A DNA stretch of 64,000 nt from Octopus vulgaris (lineage: Eukaryota), in contig OX597830.1 in NCBI GenBank assembly GCA_951406725.2, forward strand, positions 75,454,001 to 75,518,000, written 5' to 3'. The position numbers were made by a program, and so were the translations under genes. How positions within the stretch are numbered: position 1 is the first letter of the stretch; the number at the start of each line of letters is the position of its first letter. Below, piece by piece: positions 54,596 to 64,000 of this stretch. The notes below the pieces were generated by a model. It was not told the origin of the DNA, did not search any database, and was given only the letters and a program-made list of their open reading frames with translations.

Positions 54596-54839
54596 GTGCC
54601 TATATGTATAGCTACACACATATACATATATATGTATGTGTATACACATTTATGTACATATATATATATATATATACGCTCATTATTATGCATATTCATA
54701 TATTTTAATTTTTAAACACGTAAACACAAACATAGGTACAAATACATGTATACATGTATTTGCATACATGCATAATAAATATATTGTGTATAAATATATA
54801 CATACATATATATATATATTTACATATATATATATATAC

Positions 54840-54910
<71 letters not shown>

Positions 54911-54998
54911 AAAGCTTTATTACTATTTCTTGACTGTAAATGTAATCAATCCATTGCCAACTGCACATACACATACATACATATACTTACATACATGA

Positions 54999-55041
<43 letters not shown>

Positions 55042-55628
55042 ACATGTTCATATGCATACAGTGTATGATCGAGCGTATATGAATGTGATTGTGCATGGCG
55101 TATGTTTTGAAAATATATATTTAAAATTAAGATAAAATTTTGGTCTGACGATATCGATACCTATCGATTTTCGTATCCGTGTATATGTAAAGAATTAGAA
55201 ATATTTAACATGCTAAATTTTAAATGCATCTAACAATACTTATGAAAGTCAGAATGTATGCACACAGCCACACACACATACACACACAAACGCAAACACA
55301 CACACAAATACAGAGATACATACACAAGCACACATACATACACACATACACACTTACGCACACGTATCATGTTCATGTGCACAAAGGCATACAAAGAGAT
55401 ACCCCAATGTATACGTGCGTATATTTGTATATATTTTATACTCACAGACATATATGAATGTAGGCGCGAGTGTGTGTATGTATGTAAATGCATATGACAT
55501 ACATGTAGCTCTGTGTATTATATATGTGTATTTATCTGTGCGTAGGTATGTTATGTATATATTTATATACATTACCTAACTATCATATTTCCATCTCTAA
55601 CTTATATACATATATATATATAGACATC

Positions 55629-55660
<32 letters not shown>

Positions 55661-55742
55661 CAGATGCATATTAAATATTTATATAATATATACATTCTCC
55701 TATGTACTCATGTAAATATATATATATATATACATACATTGA

Positions 55743-55810
<68 letters not shown>

Positions 55811-56219
55811 TATACATATATACATATTTATATATATATATATATGTTTATATGCCCGTTTTTCTGTATACGTATACACACACAAACATCACACGCCACG
55901 CACATGTGAATATATTTACATGCATATACACATATATAAATGCACATACACAACCTTGCATTCAATGTAATATTCTTACATGTTTTCTATTAGACTGGTG
56001 ACTAAACTTATGAAGAATTTCTTTATTGTACACACAGACTCTGATAAATATCAAGAAATATGATAGCGACACACGCAGAGATACACATATACACAGATGC
56101 ACATACGTACACACTCACAAACACATACAAACGCGCGCGCACACACACATAAATATACAAGCATACATACTCATATACCTTTAAACGTACATGCATGCAG
56201 ACATATATATATGTACTGG

Positions 56220-56388
56220 TAGAGAAAGATTGGTGAAAGAGTACAGCAGGGATCCCCCCCCCCGCCGGAGCCTCGTGGAGCTTTTAGGTGTTTTCGCTCA
56301 ATAAACACTCACAACGCCCGGTCTGGGAATCGAAACCGCGATCCTACGACCGCGAGTCCGCTGCCCTAACCACTAGGCCATTGCGTCT

Positions 56389-56468
<80 letters not shown>

Positions 56469-56815
56469 TGTATGTATGTATATATTTATGTATTTTGTGG
56501 CACTCGGTCCGTTACGACGACGAGGGTTCCATTTGATCCGATCAACGGAACAGCCTGCTCGTGAAATTAACGTGTAAGTGGCTGAGCACTCCAAAGATAT
56601 GTACCCTTAACGTAGTTGTTGCGGCGATTTAGCGTAACACAGTCTATGACAAGTCTATGACAAATCTGGTTGTGGTTAAAGAGTACAACAGGGTTCACCA
56701 CCTCGCGAATCTTTATGTGTTTTCGCTGAATAAACGCTCACAATTCCCGGTCTGGGAACCGAAACCGCATTCTCTTGACCGCGAGTCCGCTGCCCTAATC
56801 ACTGGGCCATTGCAG
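56220..56815 (-). mobile_element. Two SINE family B copies (5' half at 56220-56390; internally deleted copy at 56500-56815)
   Basis: Both contain ggtctgggaa.cgaaaccgc...gagtccgctgccctaa.cact.ggccattgc. Confidence 0.88.
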
Positions 56816-56865
56816 CCCTAGCAATGTCTGCCTTGACTTTTTCCAAGATATATATATACATCAAG

Positions 56866-57180
56866 ATGTAGGACAAGATACTGTGATAGCCTGGGCTTCC
56901 GAGGCACACAGCTCTTCAATATCCTCCCGTAGAACCTAAGAGATCTGCATTGGGTGGATGCAGATGTCTTTAAAATGAAACTGGATCTCTTCTTGTCAGG
57001 TGTCCCAGATGAACCAACTTCACGGCAGGAGGTGCAGAATGAGGGCAGCTGCATCGAACTCTCTCATGCACCAGATGGCAATTGCTAAAAAGCATTCGTG
57101 AAGTAAAATCATGTAGCAATACCAAATGGCGGTGCCCCAGCATGGCCACAGCTTGTGAGCTGAAACTAAATAAAATCAAA
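56866..57180 (+). mobile_element. CR1/L2-group LINE 3' end including tail
   Basis: RTRYCDSLGFRGTQLFNILP*NLRDLHWVDADVFKMKLDLFLSGVPDEP; tail ggcggtgccccagcatggccacag..ctgaaactaaataaaat. Confidence 0.82.
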
Positions 57181-57876
57181 AAAACTACGATAAAAATATA
57201 CGTTCATTCAAAATGAATGCTCACAAGCTCACACAGAGATAGACATATGCCCATACTTACATAAATAAACTGATACATAACAACGAGTGTACAGAAAAGC
57301 ATGCTTGCTCATACATGCATACATATATGCATACATACATATACGTGAATATAAATATACATACATACACACGCACATACACGCGCACACATATATAATT
57401 AATACACATATATACACAGCTACACATGCATATGCATACATAAATATTTACATTCATACATGCGCATACACCTACCCACGCACACGTAGATACCTGTATA
57501 CATGTACGCTATAATGCATGCATACATTCATACACAAATACGCATATACGTACAGGATTGCTCGACATTTTGCACACGTCGATCTGATGTACCAGTCTCT
57601 TTAGAAATACGCAGAATTATCTATATAAATATTGACGTTAATATCGTGAAATACGTTATAATGTATAAGTGTACATGCAAGAGTAGAAGTATGGAAACTA
57701 CAGAATATATGTAGGTGGGAGGGGGTATGTGCATTTGTGTTTGTAAGTGTATTATATGCGTACATATATTTATATATGTATATATACACGCATACATATA
57801 TATATATATATATATTTGTATTATGTATGACGTATATAGGTAAATATATATACATTTTTGCATATATATGCATATG

Positions 57877-57926
<50 letters not shown>

Positions 57927-58729
57927 TGTTTGTGTGTGTATAAATATATATACATATTTGCATCTATATGCATATGCACATATATATATATATATATATA
58001 TAAATATATATATATATGCCTGTTTGTGTGTGTGTATAAATATATATACATATGCATATACACACAGATATGTATGTGCATTTGTGCGTGTGTCTGTGTG
58101 TGTGTATGTGTGAGTGTGTGTACGTGTGTGTTTGTGTGTTCTTTGTTGTATGATATAGAATCGCGTAAAAATGCACGCAACGGATGGTGTAGATAGAGAA
58201 GAAAATAGAGATATTGAAAATGGAAGAAAATTAAGAAGGAAAGAAAGAAAGAAAGAAAGAAGAAGAAGAAGAAGAAGAAGAAGAAGAAGAAGAAGAACAA
58301 GAAGAAGAAGAAGAAGAAGAAGAAGAAGAAGAAGAAATAGAATGCAGTGGGAAGGGGGAAGAGGAAGCGATGTCGATGAAGGAGGAGACGAAGAAAACTT
58401 GTGAGTGATATCAAGCATCGTATTGTTCAGTGTGAGAGAGAGAGTTGAAAAGACTTCCGAGTTGTAAGCTGGTTTGAATCAGAAGATGCAATAATGCGAT
58501 GAAGCAAGATCGGGTAACTTCTGTAAGGAAATAGCAGGAGGCGTGTCGGGGTGTTGGGCCGGGGGTTGGTGGGAGGTTTAGAAAGCGACGTGTGCAGTCG
58601 TTGCGTTGAGAAAGGTGCACGGAGATTGGTGCAGAAATGGAAGAGCTGGAAGTGAGGTGTTATACAGCTAGGGATTTAAATGTAATAATTTCGCAAGCCG
58701 ACTAGTGATAATAATGATTGAAATCATTT

Positions 58730-59330
58730 CTACAATAGGCAAAGGGAGTGGAGTCTGTGGGAAGTGGGATAACCGATCAGCCCGACCCAGTTCTTGGCTG
58801 GTACTTTATTTATCGACCCTGAGAGGATGAAAGGCAAGGTTGACGTCTACGGAATTTCAACTCACAACGTAGCAGCGGGCGAAATGCCGCTATGCACTTC
58901 GTCCAGCGTGCAAATGATTCCGCTCGCTCGCTGCCTTAATAATAGTAATAATAATCATTGTTACTGGATTTTTGTCGGAGGGGGACGGTTGATCACATTG
59001 GCCTCATTACTCAGCTGGTACTTAATTTGATCGTCCCCGAAAGGATGAAAAACAAAGTCGACCTCGGCGGAATTTGAACTCAGTACGCAGCAACGGGCGA
59101 AGTACGTATTTCTTTGGAGTTAAACAGATAGAGGACAAACAAGGACAGACAAACGGATTAAGTCGATTAGATCGACACCAGTGCATAACTGGTACTTAAT
59201 TTATCGACCCCGAAAGGATGAAAGGCAAAGCCGGCCTCGGCTGAATTTGAACTCAGAACATAAAGACATACGAAATATCGCTAAGCAATTCGCCCTGCGT
59301 GCAAACGATTCTGCCAAGTCGCTGCCTAAA
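58730..59330 (-). mobile_element. Three head-to-tail SINE family A copies
   Basis: ctggtactt.attt.atcg.ccc.ga.aggatgaaa..caa.g repeated at ~58800, 59015 and 59190. Confidence 0.85.
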
Positions 59331-59377
59331 TAATAATAATAATAATAATAATAATGATAATAATAATAATAATAATG

Positions 59378-59421
<44 letters not shown>

Positions 59422-59424
<3 letters not shown>

Positions 59425-59872
59425 TACAACAAATATTCTGCTCCATAACACAGACTTGCTTGTCAGTCATTTGACCTTAACCAGTTGAGCATGTCCCTTA
59501 GTGGTTGATGATATGCGCATCTCTGATCACGAGCAGGAGTAGTGGGGGAGCATCATAACTATGTGTTGGGAGGAATTCCTTGGGGTTTGTATAATTCCCC
59601 TCTGGGTGTTTCGTTCAATATCCTTAATCAACTGTTATTCATGGACCTTTTGAACGGGATGGACTACTAGATCTGAAGAAAATTCTAACTAGGCGCCACC
59701 AGCAAGGTCTTGCGCTATTTATATTGATATGAGATCACCATGTCACGCACATATAGTTGTCATGCATGTGCATGGTGTACCCTTATTAGACGGGTAGTTA
59801 TGATGGGTATACTGGGCTTTGTATATCTTACCCCAGTGTCATTTTGATGGCCTGCACTGCTCTCTCATTCAC
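59422..59872 (+). mobile_element. Truncated second copy of the (AAT)n-associated ~560 bp element
   Basis: Reverse complement of ~15835-16290; lacks about the first 100 bp; (AAT)n on both flanks. Confidence 0.85.
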
Positions 59873-59874
59873 TT

Positions 59875-59924
59875 ATAACAATAATGATCATAATAATATT
59901 AATGATAACAATAACAATAATAGC

Positions 59925-60014
<90 letters not shown>

Positions 60015-60015
60015 T

Positions 60016-60065
<50 letters not shown>

Positions 60066-60196
60066 TGATATCATTATCATTGTTATTATTATTATCATTA
60101 TTATTATTATTATTAAATCAAAATTATCATGAGCGATATTTTCATCTTGTGTGTTTTCAACTGGTTTAAAAATAAATCTTCAACAATTATAATAAT

Positions 60197-60243
<47 letters not shown>

Positions 60244-60245
60244 TA

Positions 60246-60297
<52 letters not shown>

Positions 60298-60319
60298 TTT
60301 TATTTTTATCATCATCATC

Positions 60320-60379
<60 letters not shown>

Positions 60380-60424
60380 AAATTATTATTATTACTATTA
60401 TTTTTATTATCTTTATTATAATTA

Positions 60425-60491
<67 letters not shown>

Positions 60492-60528
60492 ACTATTATT
60501 ATTATTATTATTTTTATTATCTTTATTA

Positions 60529-60599
<71 letters not shown>

Positions 60600-60600
60600 A
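59875..60600. repeat. Alternating (AAT)n and (ATT)n tracts
   Basis: Direct reading; strand switches at ~60070, ~60185 and ~60247. Confidence 0.95.
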
Positions 60601-60815
60601 TGGTGAGCTGGCAGAATCTTTAGCACTCTGGGTAAATTGTTTAGCCATATTTCATCAGTCTATACATTCCGAGTTCAAATTCTACCGAAGTCAGCTTTGC
60701 CCTCTAACCCTTTCGAGTCGATAAAATATGTACCAGTTGAGAACTGGGGTCGATGTAATCGACTTACCCACTTCTCGCCAAAACTTTGGCCTTGTAGTGA
60801 AATTTGAAGTCATTA
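60600..60815 (+). mobile_element. SINE family A copy
   Basis: tggtgagctggcagaatc...gagttcaaattctaccgaagtcagctttgcc...gtcgataaaatatgtaccag. Confidence 0.85.
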
Positions 60816-61427
60816 TTATTATAAATAGTGTTAAATCTGATTTTTCCAGCCGAAATGTGTCAAGATTTGGACCAATTTGCAGCATATAATTTTAAACCAC
60901 CCACCCACAAGAGATGGATCAGAGATTGCGCTTATTCACTTTCTCCGTTTGTAGTGTGGTAGTCTAAATTAAATTTTCCTCATTAGCCCACTCGACTGGT
61001 AATACAGATAAAAGAATGTGAAGACCGAACGGTCTCCAAACACTGCAGAATATTAAAGTAAAACCACCAATCATATTGAATGTCACGAAAATCAAAGCGT
61101 TTACTGTTCCCGAATCTATTCAGAGCAAATTCATTTTTCAATTTGTGTTGTCACATAGTCATCTAACCAACTTTTATTATTTCTTCTGTATTACAATAAA
61201 GAAAACGTAATTTCTTCTGAGTTACGATTCTGTTTGAAAAATCTGTTTCCAAAATGTTTTTAATTTTTCATTAGAATGTATCATATCTAATTCTATGATT
61301 ATGTTTCTAATATTGTTACGCATTATGCTGTATGATTATTTTGGAAAAGTGTAGTTTTAAAAGAATTGTTCTTCGCTTATATTCTTCTGATGAAATCTAT
61401 TATTTAAGTAATACATTTTAGCTTTAG

Positions 61428-61770
61428 TTGGCGAAGAATGGAAAAAATGGTTAATATATACATTTCACATTCCTGATGTACTGGTTTCGATTCCACTTGT
61501 GGTCATCATGGGCAAGTGCCTCTTTTGATATACTCGGGTCCAACCGTATGTTCTAAGTGAAAACGCATAAATGGAAACGATATGGAATAGCATCCGATAA
61601 TTGTAGCTGCAATTAAAAGGTCCAGCCTTACCCCAAAATATCACTCAGCTTCTACTTTCAGAATTACTTCAAGGGTAATTGTGCCTATAGAATACTCTAT
61701 CAAATACACGCTATGTATTTCTACCTGACAGTTCACTTAATAGTATAACTCAACATCTAAGGCCAGAAAC
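61428..61770 (+). mobile_element. Old chimeric SINE (family C-like middle, family B-like 3' part)
   Basis: ggtttcgattccac..atgggcaagtgcctc..atggaaac, then ctgcaattaaaaggtccagcctt..gaattacttcaagggta. Confidence 0.45.
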
Positions 61771-62365
61771 ACTGATAGATACCCATTTTAAGGATCACAA
61801 TCTTTACAATAGAACTTTCTCCTATTATCCATGATGTTCCTATTTACTAATTGCTATACATTCCTCTTAAAATATCGAGAAAAATAGCCGTATTTGAACC
61901 AGACTATCGTACTTGATTCGATAGAGTAAAATTAGAGTTCTAAGTTCCACTTTATCCTCTAAATTATTTGTACTGCGTTTGCGTATCCTATGTTATATAA
62001 CAATAAATTCTTGAGAATACTAAGAGAATATAAAAGTTTCTGTTATAGGCACAAGGCCAGCAATATTGATGGGTGGGTAAATAGATGAAGCATAAAAATC
62101 GAAAATCGATTGCTATTTTATTTTGTTGACCAAGATAGGGCATAAGACAAAGTTGATTTTTAACAAGGACTTAGTTTGTGTTTCTACATCCTCAACTCTT
62201 AACTTGTGGGAAACCGTCACCTGGTGGGAATATTTAAGATTCTATGAGAAAATAGGGTTCCCTTATAGAAATTGTCCTTTTTAATTCTTTTATTTTGTAA
62301 GGTTTATGTTCGCTTAATGTTAAATTAACGAATGTGAATGTTACGTTAATATCTGTCCATCCTCT

Positions 62366-62580
62366 ACGGCGGTGTGCAGCAGACTCGTTATGGGGTCGGG
62401 GAAAATGATTAGCGGCATTTCGCCGGTCTTCACGTTCTGGTTTCAAATGCTGTCGGTGTTGACATTGTCTTTCATCCTTTCGAGATCGATAAAATAAGCA
62501 CCAGTTGAGCACTGGGGTCGATTTAATCGACATAGCCCCTCATCGAAATTACTAACTTTGTGCCACTATTTGAAACCAAT
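62366..62580 (+). mobile_element. SINE family A copy
   Basis: ggcggtgtgcagcagactcg...tctttcatcctttcgagatcgataaaataagcaccagttgagcactggggtcgat. Confidence 0.85.
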
Positions 62581-62989
62581 GTCTATCCATGTCCCCCTCT
62601 GCCTACTACGTCCACTCCTATGAGGGTCATGGAAGTAGAGTGCTCAGACACCTCTCTCATACAGACACAATTTTCTTCTCTACTGGACCCGCTTTGGAGT
62701 CCTGGGTCATGCATCTTTTGTGCTTGCACTCCACACCACCCAGAACAAGTTAGAGGCATATTACTGGAGATTTTAATATTATTTTCTAAAGGACACTCGT
62801 CTTCCTAAGATTCGAACACGTCCTATGTTAACTGTGCGACGGATGATGCGGTATGGTTGTACCTTCGAATCCCTTTCATATTGCAGTTTTTGTACTTTTA
62901 TTCCGACCAATCACCGAGCTGGTATTCATATTTGACCTGCAAAGTAATTAATAATAATGCTGTTTATATTATGTAATAAATGCAAGCCT

Positions 62990-63195
62990 GCCAGCGGGCA
63001 GATTCATTAGGGCGCCTGGCAAAATGATTTGAGCTATTTCGTTCGTCTATACGATCTGAGTTCAAATTCTGCCGAGATCCACCTTAGCTTTCGATTCGAT
63101 AAAATAAGGGTTCCATGTACTCAACTAGGTTCGATGTAATCAAGTAGCCCCTACTCCGAACGTGCTGGCATTGTGCCAAAGTTCGAAACCAATAT
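62990..63195 (+). mobile_element. SINE family A copy (diverged)
   Basis: ggcagattcattagggcgcctggcaaaatg...ctgagttcaaattctgccgag...ttgtgccaaagttcgaaacc. Confidence 0.75.
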
Positions 63196-63387
63196 TGTGA
63201 TATAAATGATGTTATATGAAGACTACTTAAAACAATGCTGTTAATGCTATGTAATAGTGTTGTTTACAACGTTACAGTGATTTATCACATAAGTGTGTTG
63301 GGAATCAGGTTGGTAAGCTGTTTAAGAGAAGCAGAATACAGAAAATTGATAAATACTATTGGAATAAACCAAGTTTTTTACAGCCAT

Positions 63388-63442
<55 letters not shown>

Positions 63443-64000
63443 TGTATTTATTTATTGTTTGCCGTGTATTCAACTACAAACAATTGTTTAGTAAGCAGTT
63501 CGTTTCCGAGACATGTATGTGTGTCTGTGTATGTATATAAGTGGATGTATCTGTATGTATGTGTGTGTCAGTACGAGTGTGCGTGCTTGCGTGTGTGCTT
63601 GCGTATGTGAGTGTATGTGTGTGTGTGTGTGTGTGTGTGCTACTGATAACATGAAACTCATTACAACCTGTTGCATGGTTGCTCTGACGTTAACATTACT
63701 GGCCACCCTAAGGTAGTTTTCATTGGACACAAAGCTGTCAATAAGTAGATGAAGTCAATCAAGTCAGCAGATATTTAGCGGCTGCAAGTGAGAGACTCCT
63801 AAACTTTGTTTAGTCATCTCTCTAGGACAAGGAAACTTCAAAATAACACTAAGTTTATTGCCATGCCGGTGATCTCGATGTTGTGCGTTTGCGGACTACT
63901 CGGTTTTGTAGGTGAGAACCTTAACTGTTTTGCGAAAGCTATGCTTGTATTCAAATTTCAGTATAGAAATTGCTAACAGTTATTGGTCTTTATCATGAAG

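Noticed and set aside
57850-58060. ~95-bp local duplication in a TA/CA field
   Set aside because: Ordinary slippage duplication in microsatellite DNA.

Overview
AT-rich, microsatellite-saturated non-coding eukaryotic DNA (intron or intergenic). The repeat landscape most resembles Octopus; this is an inference from remembered octopus repeats, not a database result. No host protein-coding gene can be supported, and nearly all ORF-track entries are microsatellite translations. The real content is decayed mobile elements: R4/Dong-clade RLE-LINEs (one in (AAT)n, a second group repeatedly in (CATA)n), Penelope-like elements (one near-complete RT + GIY-YIG copy), CR1/L2-like 3' ends, a mariner and a DD41D transposase remnant, Helitron/HINE-like elements, several tRNA-derived SINE families and a 4 x 250 bp tandem array. 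The most notable signal is about 11 full or partial type-I hammerhead ribozyme motifs in short non-coding repeats. These include two inverted (fold-back) pairs and a family whose catalytic core is GUGAACA, a compensatory G3:C8 swap of canonical CUGANGA that standard motif searches would miss. Boundaries of degraded elements were read by eye and are approximate (tens of bp).
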